NCBI GenBank assembly: GCA_951406725.2 | Contig: OX597820.1 | Span: forward strand, 76,942,001-77,006,000 | Source: Octopus vulgaris | Lineage: Eukaryota | DNA length: 64,000 nucleotides | Reading direction: 5' to 3' | In this document: positions 52,092 through 64,000 of the stretch, piece after piece | How positions within the stretch are numbered: the first letter of the stretch is position 1 | How the letters are laid out: every line of letters begins with the position of its first letter | The notes under the pieces: model-generated | Seen by the model: only the letters and a program-made list of their open reading frames with translations | The model's database searches: none | Told to the model about the DNA's origin: nothing | Program-made: the position numbers and the translations under genes

Positions 52092-54299
52092 TTGTATGAG
52101 TGTGTCTGTGTGTGTGTGTGTGCGTGTGTGTGTGTGTTGTGTGTGTGTGTGTGTGTGTGTGTGGTGTGCGTGTGAGCGTATACACACACATACCTTTATT
52201 AAAATCTTTTTAATTATTTTGTTATATTTTTATAGCAGACTCTAAAGATTTGTCGGCTCTAAACATATTTCAAATCGAATAGATACAATAAAGTGTAATG
52301 TTATAGGAAATCACTGTGGAATCATACACTCATGTATTTGATTAGATGGGGAAATTAAAGAGATTTTATAAATCTAATAAATTTAAACACTAAATTGTAT
52401 TTATACTATTTCTCTTCTAAATGATATGTATTTCCAGTAATACAATTTTAAAGTATGTTTTTCCTAATTTTCCTTTAAAGAACATTAATTTATTCAATAG
52501 TTTCCATAAATTATAGCGCCATCTAATAATGAAAATACTTAAATTGTGATAGGTAATAATAATGCAAGAAATTCAAATTTGATTTATTTTTATAATTTCG
52601 AATAAAAATATAACAGTGATGCGTTTAGCTATTAGGATAGCGAGCGATTAAAATGTAAGTCTAGGAGGTCCGTAGACTTATTGCATTTATGCCCATCTTT
52701 AAACCTGCTCTTATTCTAGATCTCATACAATGTATATCTTTGCAAAATATCTCTTAAAAAAAAACGATAAAGTTTGAGGCGTTTCATATGATCTAGCTAT
52801 AGATTTTTATCAAGCGTGCGATACAGTCAACTTTGGTTAAGTCAGTGTATATAAGCGATAACTAATATTCCTTTTATATATTTCATTTCCTATAAAACCT
52901 CCATAATTCTTTTAGTATTATAGTTACAAAAGTATGTCTAGAGTTCAACAGCTATCAATATTTCATTTCAAAAAACTATACAATGTATGAAAAACATAAT
53001 GTTCGAAATAATGCATGTTATCTCAATACTGAATGCAGAATAACGAAACTACGAATTTTATAAAATATATATATCACCTTAGAAGTCAACTATTTTGTGA
53101 CCTATTTCTAGGACGTAAGATTATCGATCGTGTCGAAATACAATGTCGAAATAAATTACATTTATCACTCATCCTGTCCTTACGTACCAATATTGCTCTA
53201 ACGTGCTTATCACAGTTTTCATACCTAGACGCATATTAGTGGTATCTCTTCCAGTGAATATGAAACTAGTTTATCGCATGCCTTTTAATCATTTCAAACA
53301 ACATTGAGTGGTTGATTTCACAGACTGTTATGAACTTTGCTATATTGGGTCCCGGGTTTTTTACTCGCATTTATATGACGACTTATTGCATACATGGTGA
53401 TATTAAGCAAGAAGCAGACTTTCAAATTCAAAGTAGCCGTTTTCTACAAGTCCCACATAGAATGATGCTTTTCTATAAAGCACCATGAAATCACGTAGAT
53501 ATACGCATGCAGGTACATTCGCACATGCTCATGCAAATACCCATGCACACATGCAAACATATATCATAAGCACAAATATAGGAAAGCATGTGCTCATGTC
53601 TCTGATCGTGAGATTCTGTCTGTATCCATGTATGGGTGCAGTTTTGTATTAAAATCTGAAACCACGGTGGCATCGTTTATGTTTGTTTTTTTTTTTCATA
53701 TAAAAATAAAAACAGCTGTCAGTAGTACACTATATATGAGATAAGAATATTGTAATATCTGGAGGTACATGAAAGTATATATTCCCACGTTTATTTATAC
53801 CGAATGTCATAAATAAATGTCGGTGTAGAATAGTATTTAAATATGGAATTATAATATCGAAATGCATTATTTGCTTTTATAAAAGATTAACAGAGATTTT
53901 AAAATTAAGAAGTTTGAGAGAGTTTCTACTCGAATGCCTTTAGGCTTAGATTAGATTAAATGAATAAAATAAAGTGATCGCGAAACATGATCTTTGCCTT
54001 AATACCATTATCTGAACATATCATGAAGCTTGGTAAATAGAAAATTAACTACACTCAGACTCACATACATACATATACACACAGAGACACACTCGAACAC
54101 ACACAAGCACAAACACACACATACATTTATACAGGCACGCCTTGTGTCACTACTCTCACATCTCGGCGCCACATTAATATTACGCACATAAATAGTGGCA
54201 ACACTCTTGCGGCAATTAGACAGATTCATTAGAGCGTTAGATAGAGTGCTTATATCATGTTTGTACACTCTGAGTTCAATATCAGGCATGATCAATACC

Positions 54300-54530
54300 T
54301 ATTTCTTTATTACCCACAAGGGGCTAAACACAGAGGGGACAACCAAGGACAGACATAGGTATTAAGTCGATTACATCGACCCCAGTGCGTAACTGGTACT
54401 TAATTTATCGACCCCGAAAGGATGAAAAGCAAAGTCGACCTCGGCGGAATTTGAACTCACAACGTAACGCAGACGAAATACCGCTAAGCATTTCGCCCGG
54501 CGTGCTAACGTTTCTGCCAGCTCGCCGCCT
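54300..54530 (-). mobile_element. Full-length, young SINE family A
   Basis: 11-bp TSD tgatcaatacc at 54289-54299 and 54531-54541. Confidence 0.94.
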
Positions 54531-54681
54531 TGATCAATACCGTTTTCGATACATTTGGATAGATGAAAAAAGTATCATCCTTGCGCGGTGATTTGGTGCA
54601 ACTGCTTGAAGGCGGAGCACGTTTTTTTATGTAGTGCCAGAAGCGCTTGCTAGAGCTGTTGTCAAGACGTATGTGCCCAAG

Positions 54682-54900
54682 CTCTTTTACTCTTTTACTC
54701 GTTTCAGTCATTTGACTGCGGTCATGCTGGAGCACCGCCGTTAGTTGAGCAAATTGACCCCAGGACTTATTTTTTAGCAGCCTGGAACTTATTTTATCGT
54801 TCTCGTTTGCAGAACCGCTAACTCACGGTGACATAAATACACCAGCATCTGTTGTCAAGTGATGTTGTGGGACAAACACAGACACACAAACACACACACA

Positions 54901-54987
<87 letters not shown>

Positions 54988-55174
54988 TTATATTTATACA
55001 TATATATATATACGACGGGCTTCTTTCAGTTTCTGTGTACCAAATCTACTCAAAAGGATTTGGTCGACCCGACCCTATAGAAGAAGATTTCGCCCAATGT
55101 GCCACGCAGTGGGACTGAACCCGGAACTATGTGGTTCGTGAGCAAGCTACTTACCACACAGTCACTCCTACGCC
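54682..55174 (-). mobile_element. Full-length SINE family B with expanded internal microsatellite
   Basis: (ctctttta)n tail and cttaccacacagtcactcctacgcc head on the reverse strand. Confidence 0.92.
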
Positions 55175-55848
55175 TAGCTGATGGCCTTACACTTACATAT
55201 CACCAGCTTTGCTCTCACGGGCAAGTGATACTCCTCCTTAAATAATATCGTCTAGGCCTCTGAATACATGTGCACATGCATGGTCACCATTGATTAGCAA
55301 GGCCTTATACATTGTATTACTGGGCCTGTAATTATAGAGTGATGACAGAAATAAAATACGTTTATTTTCAAACAATGATAAATAATATGAGCTTATCTTA
55401 GTTGGTCACCCAGCTCCGTAGCATTAACTGGAGCTAGATTTATGCATTCCCATGTCTGATCAAGATATGAAGAACGACAACAAACTATCTTTTAAAAACG
55501 TTGTACAAAGATAAACAGAAAGAGTTAGCAACGAGAAGCTTATAGGTCATCGCATAATATATGATGTTTCATTTTATATTAACGCATTTAGTTTGAATCA
55601 GTATATTTTTCTTAAGCGTAAGCAAGTAATCTACTGCTTGAACTGAAACTATATAACCACGTGAGGCGTTCAATTAGGATGAGATATATACTCATGCAAA
55701 TAAACAAGGTTGCAGAATTTATAAGTGGAAGATTTGTTTCCGCTACAACCAATAACTATATAAGCAGTGATTTGTTGCTACTCTTAGTTTTGTTAGAGTT
55801 GGTGTTGGTAGTGGGAATTTATGGCACTGGTAATGGTGGTGGTGGTGG

Positions 55849-55902
<54 letters not shown>

Positions 55903-56769
55903 TAATCGACTTCAGCACCTGATACCTACTGCTAGAAATTGGTATGAAATTAATGCGAAGATAATTACAAAGAATGCTCGAAGTAGAAACGTTAGAGTTT
56001 GGGTTTTCTGTTAGTTTTCTGAGTTGTGCATTATTGATGCTTCACCTTCCAGCGAATGAATAATTGATGCGATTTGCTTTAAGTGCAATCTCACTCTTTT
56101 CTTTTTGCACATTCGTTAACATCAAACTTGCCCCCCCACACACACACACACTGAAGAATATACGCATAACTGTACCTGTGTATGTATTGTTCTCCTTGTG
56201 TTTTTCATTCTTTATGTTCTGTATGTCCGTATGTCTGTATATGAACATTATATATTTTCCAATATTATTTACTAGGATTCTGAAAGGATTTAATACCATT
56301 CAAGTAACTGTGTTAGTGCCGAGTTTGAAAATATAAAGCATAAATTATTGAAATTTATTTCACTATTTCGTAACACTAATCAGATCCGTCTGATATGCAG
56401 CAGAAAGGAATAAAAAGATTAGTCGATCTCTTTTAAAGCATAATACAATCATATAATTATATTGCATGTTAGATCCTTTTTACTACCGTTTTAACTTAGA
56501 ACATAACGTGTTAACTCACTTCAATCTGATTACAGTACTACAACTAGAGCAGACTCTTGTCTTCATATATGTTTAAGCTAACATCATTTCCACATAAGGC
56601 ACAAGATTTTCGCATCTGTCGCCATTGTTTTTCTGTTCTTTATTTCTTTACTAATTGCTATACACATAACGTGGCGCCAACGTTATTCCCTTCGTACACA
56701 TTTACCCTTACTTTTACGCCCTTTCTTTCCAGCTGATGAAGGAGAATCCCATGTGTTGTTCTCACTAAA

Positions 56770-57013
56770 ATCAATTCAATTCAATTCAATTCAATTTTTA
56801 TTGGCTCAAAAAGCAAAAGCAAGGCCATGTAGGAGGACAGGGAGTTCTGTACAGGGAGGGTGGTCATACAAAGAGTTCAGGCCATTTCTGGTCAAGAGAG
56901 ACTTTGAACCGAGCGGTCGTCGGCATCTTCACTATCTCGTCCGGCGGCTTATTCCACGGATCCGCAACCCGGACGGAGAAAGCTCCTCTCCTTCGATTGA
57001 GATGAAATCGTCG
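56770..57013 (-). mobile_element. 5'-truncated CR1-clade LINE 3' end with (ATTGA)n tail
   Basis: 56864-57013 translates as RRFHLNRRRGAFSVRVADPWNKPPDEIVKMPTTARFKVSLDQKWPELFV* (CR1 FSxRV..WN.LP...FK..LD motif). Followed by a short UTR, AATAAA and the pentamer tail. Confidence 0.88.
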
Positions 57014-59687
57014 TAGATAGAGCTTTTCAGAGTGGCTCCGCAGTTTACGCTCTTACAGAAAGCCTGTAAGTTTAATGGCCTCAGTAAGTCCTTCCAATGT
57101 CTACCATGAACGATGCCAGACTAAATTAATGTTCTAAATATTTGATTTCTTATTAGCAGGCGTAAAGTTAAGTTTCAAATCACATGGGAAGAACTGCCAA
57201 TAAAAACAACTACTGCTGCATATATCTTTTTCTATGCCGGAGACATAAGAGACGTAGACGACTTGAGGCAGTTGAAACAAATCCACCTTTCCCCAGTTGT
57301 ATGTGCAGCTCTGTTACTGCTTTCTTCAACAACGTCCTGCAGGAGTGAAAAATATATATAAATAAAAAAAAACATATAAATCCTTATTTAATTACACAAA
57401 ATACTAATTTACCACTTTCCTTGTAACCTAAAGTACAAAGCTTGTGAATTTGAATTGTAAATTAATGAAATCACCCTATAAATCATGCACTCTCCCGGGC
57501 TTTATGAAATAATTGTATGTAAAATATATTTCTGAACGACGTAGTTATCTATATTATAGGAAATACTGTCGCCTAATTTACATTTAAAGATCAACTTAAT
57601 GCTTCATAGATAATATATGATGTTCATCAAATTTATGTTGATGTTGAGATATTGATGATAATAAAAGATTTTGCTGATAAAAGTGGCTATTTTTGTTAAA
57701 CATTTAATAACAAGATGACATAAGTATATTTATTGTCAATAACTTCCCCAAACTGATTACAACGATTACATTTAATATTCACTGGCAAATTTCCCGTATT
57801 ATAGTTTACAGCACCATAACATTCAGGACAAAAACTTGTGAGAATATAGAGAAAAAATGTATTTCTCTACTTTTAGTGGGACCCCCTACTCGTTTATCTT
57901 GCACCGCGTTTAATCTCTTGTGGACAGGAATTCATATATGTTTCTAACCTTTGTTTCCAGCATTTTTGCTTATAATTATGTCAATGGCTATTTTACAATC
58001 CCTATCAATTTTCCATTTACCAAAACCTCGAGAATAGAATTTCCTTAAAGCTCAAGAGATCCAGCATGGAATGGGATAATATTATTTTCTTTGTGGAGGC
58101 AGAATCTGATTCTACATTGTGCTTTGCATTTCAAAAGATTAAAAATTCAGTTACGATGACAAATAACCGAAAAGATAAATTTCCAAAACCATTTCCTGCA
58201 AATTTCCGAATAATTATCATTGATTTACGAGTAGACATTAGCAAAGAGATACATGATACTGTTGTACAGCCCATTAAATACTTTCATACATATAATGCAA
58301 ATTCAAAAATAATGTTGGGGTTCTACTTTGAATGCAAGGATTTCGTTCGACGCAAACAACACGCCCACTTAAGCACACACTCAAGCACACGCACACACAC
58401 ACGTCACACATACGCATGTACACATACTTTTCTATATACATATATATATATATATATAATCATATATCTGAACTGTGTGTGTGTTGTGTATGTACTTCCC
58501 AAGTTCTCATGTTCTAAACTGAATTTACCTAACGAAATCAATTGAGAACTACTTCTAAAATGTCAAGAAGTGAATGCATATTTGTCCGGGTAATAAATGG
58601 TTTATCAGAGACCAGGAAGAATATTACACTCAGCATAATTTACTAGAAACTTGTGTTCTGCTGATTTTAAATATCCAAAGTTGCATTTGGAGACCACGAG
58701 ATTGAAATGATTCACCTGGAGTTGACTTGGAATTCGGAATACATGGGTAGAACATATGAATCATACCTCAATGCAGAGCAATATGCATTGAGTTTGTAAC
58801 ACATTTCCTCTTCAAACATGTCATGAATCTAAAATCTTTCTCTCTAATGAAATCTATCGATATTCCGAAATTATCTATGAAATATCATAGCTTGTTAAAT
58901 ATATATGTGAAGAAAGGTAGGGCATAGTCTCAAAACATTGAAATTGTTTATGCACAGTGGAAAAATATCCTTTTTCTATTATTATTCTGTGGTACTTCAC
59001 TCGGAGTCGATAGCGCAAGCATTGCGAAATCTGTATCGATTATAGACAAAAATTTTAGAATAATTGAAATAAAACAGAAATTTTCTTAACAATTTCGTAT
59101 TGATTTTTTGTTCAATTTACATTGTAAAGACAACTAATGACACTTTTGGTATTCAGAATTGTATTATTGAAAAAAGAAAACATAAAGAATTAACTCAAAA
59201 CAAACCACAAAAAACAATATCAATAATAATATTAAGAATATATGAATGAATAAATAAAAGAATATTGTTATCTCTATCATTGTTTTTGCTGGTAGCAGCA
59301 AAAAGATGAGAGAAAACCATGAGAGGATAGAAGAACAATAAAAAGAATAATATAATGATGGGGATTAGAATGCAAAAAGGGGTTAACGAAAAATAGTGTG
59401 TATGAGAAAGAAGGCTAGCTAAAGAGTGGGGAAACTATTAAGAAGAAGAGAAGAAGAAATCTAAAGAGATATCATTACCAGCAATCACTAAGAGAAAAGA
59501 CATTTATGGAGAAAATTGCTTGATGGCTGAAACAGAGGTTAAATTTGTGAATGTATATTTTTATTATTTTTTCGTTTATATGTCATTGAAGTATCGGAAA
59601 AAATGTTCAGAAGGAATGTTAAAAGTGTTGATGCATACGTAATCCTGTATGTAAAGTAATTGGATTCACGGAGAATTAACAAACGTG

Positions 59688-60076
59688 GAAACAAAATGCC
59701 AGGTTGTGTTTAGTATAAGACTAGAACGTTAAATAGTTTTGTTCAACACAATAGATGTGTAGACATTATCATCTTGATGAGGTAATTCTTTTGTTGGTGA
59801 TTTATATTAGTTCTCACAATTATTTCACATCCTCACATGTAAGGGAAAAGAAAATCGTTAGAACCGTCAACAATGGGAGGGAAACAAAATGCCAGGTTGT
59901 GTTTAGTATAAGACTAGAACGTTAGATAGTTTTGTTCAACACAATAGATGTGTATACATTATCATCTTGATGAGGTAATTCTTTTGTTTGTGATTTATAT
60001 TAGTTCTCCCAATTATTTCACATCCTCACATGTAAGGGAAAAGAAAGTCGTTAGAACCGTTAACAATGGGAGGGAA
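59688..60076 (+). repeat. ~193-bp tandem duplication
   Basis: gaaacaaaatgccaggttgtg...caatgggagg is repeated twice with few mismatches. Confidence 0.95.
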
Positions 60077-61064
60077 ATGTCATGATATATTTGTATTTAG
60101 GGGAATACTTTTGTATTTTGGGTTCATATCACTTTAATTTCGATTTAGTTTTCTATTGGAATTTGATACATTCATCGAGTGGAGATTATAACCAACGGCT
60201 TTGCCCATCTGGCATCAATCATGAATAGTGTGGGATGCTAGGTCCTGTGCAAAGTTTTGCTGCTATTCTCAGCCAAGAGACTGCACAGACGTCCAAATAT
60301 GATATTTAACAACTGGAACTATATGTCTCGCAAAAAATTTCTTTAAGTTTCGTATAAAGATCCTAACTGAACAACGAGAGAAACCGTAATATTGCACATA
60401 ATATATCTCGGGGGCCCAGTTGATAAAACTTTTTCCTTTAGTTATTGGAAAGCAGATAGCTGCTAGTTGACACTGAAACAGCCAACACATTTCATGAAAT
60501 AATATTAACTGTCAATTATAGAAAACATGTATCGCATTGTCGACGTATTATGCCGATTCTCGAAAATACTATTTTGCATGATATAAATTTTATCATGAAT
60601 CTATTGACACAATCCAGGTAATAAAAATTGATTCGCAATGCTGTTAACATTAACGATACTCCCAACTATAGGACTGATTTTCCCAATTATCTTCAAATAG
60701 TGACCCTCCTAATAACTTCCTTCTGAAGGCTGGTGAACTCATTTTTTTAAATACAAATTTCAGGTGAGCCAAAGCTCTGTAGCGCGGAACAAGTATTGCT
60801 GTGAAAATTCTTATGTTTCATCGAATCGAAACTACCAAAATGATTCAATGTAGTAAGCATGTTAATTTGACGCATCCCACATCATTCAACCGTGTGTTAT
60901 TTTTAGTCGCACTTACTCGAATGTATTCAACTACACCGCGCACAAAAATTTCTTCGTGGAAATTATTTGTACATACAACATTTGAAGTGATTTCCCACTC
61001 ATTGGTGACCGTCTAAATTTGAAACCTATTTTAATTAATTGTTATTATATTATATTGTGAACTA

Positions 61065-61290
61065 GTGTTGCCTTGGGATGAGTGTTACACTCACGATCGA
61101 AAGTTCAGGGTTTCGATTCCTGGACTAGGTGGTGTGATTTCTGTTTCAATTCATGATGATCCAGTTCATTCAGCTTCAAATGAGCAGCCCTGAGACAGGC
61201 TGCTGCCCCATTCAGTGGTGTATTGTGTGTTCAGTCATGTACACGTAACGAACACCAACCAAACCGGCTTATAAGTTCGACAACAGGAGA
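61065..61290 (+). mobile_element. Degenerate tRNA-SINE family C (V-domain-like segment)
   Basis: B-box gggtttcgattcc. ccctgagacaggctgctgccccattcag resembles the V-SINE domain as recalled. Confidence 0.5.
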
Positions 61291-62950
61291 CAATATGTCC
61301 AGGTTATTTATTACGCTATATCATTGATATCCTGATATATCTGTTTCATGTTAGCTGAAATAGAACCGTATCAGAAATATCCCAGGTATAATCACACTAC
61401 GATCTACTTAGGTGTGGATGCAAATTTCAGAACTTCGTGCATGGCATAAGGCCACGTATCATGAAAGAATAGAACTACTCGACACATATCATGTCTCTTA
61501 CAAAAGTGATAATGTTTCTGACACCGGCCATTATTGATTAGAGCGTTGACTAAAAATCGAGCGAGAATTAATATGCAATTTTTTTCAAGTTCTGCTTTTC
61601 TTATGACATGAACTACAGAATACTTGTCTTTCGTCAAAGTTGTGCATCCTTCTCCTGAAATCCCCACGTTTTTTTGAGAAATAAAAGTTTTGAATTTGTG
61701 TTAGGAGAGGACTCGTGGTATATCTGAATATTTTGTGGAAGAAATTGTGTGAGATTATGAACAGTGGATGTATCACATCGAACTGGAATATGAAATGGAA
61801 ATGTCAACAGTCACCTATCAGGAAATTTTCAAATCTGAAGAGAAGTTATGCCGACAGTGCTTCAGTGGTTTATTTTAGGACGGGACTTGATGGTTCGTGG
61901 GGACCAATTCGTTATTAGGATCTAACAGTAAACTGTTATCTTAATTGCAAGGTCCTTCGCTGCAAGGTGACACCCGTACTTCCAAGCAAATGCTGACTAC
62001 TCTAGAGACACACTGTGGTATTGTAAGACACTTTTGCTTCCAAAATGTTGCTCAACCCATTGGAATCCACTGGGAATTGAATTTCGAGAATTTGAAGGTT
62101 AGTTTATATAATTCTGCTCTTGCCATTATCATTCATTTCAGAGTCGCCTTCCGCAGCCTTCAATTTACCGCAAATCAAGAACCGAAGACAGCATGTAGAC
62201 TTCGTCATAATTTCGCTGAAAATATATATTACAAATAATGGGAATATATTGAAAACTGAGGTAGTGGTATATCAAGAATTATATACTTGTAATAATAAAT
62301 ATTAAAAAAAAGTATTTTATATGGTGATGTCTCAACATGGCCACTAACTCTGGCTGAAATAAGTGAAGGTAAAAATAACACGAAAAATAGGTCAATGGTC
62401 ATTATAAATTACGGAGCAAATGAAAGCAGAATTTTATAAACAACATCAAAAGCAAATGTTACATCGCGATCGTCATTATCAATTGTATGATCAAGGAAAA
62501 CACCATCACCTAATCATTAACTTTACATTGACAACAACAAAAGCAATATAAACAAAAGCAGTGAATAAAGCAAAATACAGCACGAATTTTTTTTTTTTTT
62601 CAGGTATCTACATTTATCGTAGTGAATAGAGAGAGACGACGATTAATGATGCACGTATAACTAATTTCCCGTCAATAGGAAAGATAATTACAAGTGCAAT
62701 GCAGATAAAAGGATGACAACCCCCTTTCTTTTTATAACACAATTTAAAATATCAAATTATGATTCTGCGGCTGGAGAAAAGTTCCTACATTTTTGTTTGG
62801 ATTGAATTTCCATCGCACTGATATGAAGTTTTACTTCAGATACTAGAATTTTATCATACAATCATTCTATTTCTGTACATACATACACACACACGCATAT
62901 ATATAAATGAATGCCTATAAGTGTGCGCGTGAGTGTTCATGCCTGTATAT

Positions 62951-63008
<58 letters not shown>

Positions 63009-63267
63009 ATATATATGCACACACACGCACACACACACACACACACACACATATGTAGCTAGGTACGCGTTTATGTATGTATGCATGTATGTGTATGGCA
63101 GCGGTGAAATGAAAATTCAAATACATTTATTGAATTAGATATATTAGAGATGTACAGAATCCATTAAGAAGCGTACAATAATATTCACCAAAAAATTACA
63201 TTCCTGGCTTTTAGCGTACTTGGCTACTCAACAGGCGCACTTCTTACAGCATAAATATACTTTTCTA

Positions 63268-63432
63268 TTCGAGCAACAAGGCTCGCAATTTTGGGAGAGG
63301 TGGCAATTCGATGAGACCTATCACAGTACGGAACTGCTACATAACTTATCAACCACGAAAGAATGAAAAGCAAAGTCAACCTCGGCGGAATTTGAACTCA
63401 AAACATAACGACCGACGAAATACAGCTAAGCC
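63268..63432 (-). mobile_element. Degenerate SINE family A (tail type 2)
   Basis: gaatgaaaagcaaagtcaacctcggcggaatttgaactc. Confidence 0.82.
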
Positions 63433-63859
63433 TGTAGCGTATATCTGTCTGAGCTTGCATAATCCAAATTTGTCCACCTGTCTAGTAGCTTCATTATTCC
63501 AAAAGTGGTAATACCCTTTACCTATTCTCATCATAAGGAATAGAAACTATAATTATTCGTTGCTTCCATCAAATGAAGTAGTAAGAGCCTATCATATGTC
63601 TAAATAAATAACAGAATTATGCATTCGTTCAAAATGACAACGAAAAGAAATTAATTTCATCTGCAACTTCAACTTCATTATTTATACATTAGACATTTCA
63701 CATCTACCGAAAACAAATCAATGCTTCTATTGACTTGTTGAAAATAATGAAAACACTATTTACAAATTGATGTATTTATAAGTACATATTAATATCTTGA
63801 CTCGAAACAAAGATTAAATACAAAAAATCGATTACACAGTCTCTCTCTTTCTCTCTCTT

Positions 63860-63894
<35 letters not shown>

Positions 63895-63904
63895 GTATGT
63901 ATAA

Positions 63905-64000
63905 AGGGTAAAGACCACCTTCGGTCATGAATGACCATGGGATTGCACCTAGAAAGTTACCCTCCTAGTCACAAGTCTGGGCAAGGTGGTTTATGGAAGA
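63905..64000. repeat. Start of an unclassified interspersed repeat running off the window
   Basis: Abrupt shift to higher GC after (TA)n, with a ggtca-tgaa-tgacc stem-loop. Confidence 0.35.

Noticed and set aside
58066-58545. 159-aa ORF
   Set aside because: No recognisable motif, it runs into a CA/TA microsatellite, and nothing independent supports it.
60130-62300. Complex sequence with several short ORFs
   Set aside because: No consistent frame, motif or splice pattern that I could support.

Overview
AT-rich, microsatellite-dense animal genomic DNA. The SINE families look like those of Octopus (inference from recalled SINE sequences, not a database match). The window is almost all repeats. 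It holds two decayed minus-strand copies of a Penelope-like retroelement (PLE) with RT plus C-terminal GIY-YIG and Naiad-type motifs, one bracketed by a long inverted pseudo-LTR. It also holds R4/Dong-clade and CR1-clade LINE fragments, mariner and DD37D/maT-like Tc1-mariner remnants, a hAT-like MITE, about 25 tRNA-derived SINE copies, and local tandem and inverted duplications. One or two candidate host exons lie on the minus strand near 9.8-10.5 kb. The most interesting hidden signal is a set of short non-coding elements, mostly next to (TA)n tracts, that carry type I hammerhead ribozyme (HHR) motifs. One appears catalytically intact (16128-16216), a second same-strand motif lies about 660 bp downstream, a tail-to-tail pair flanks a (TA)n tract, and one HHR is folded back on itself inside helix II. 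Nearly all ORFs in the supplied track are microsatellite or SINE artefacts. All alignments and translations were done by eye, so boundaries are approximate unless stated.
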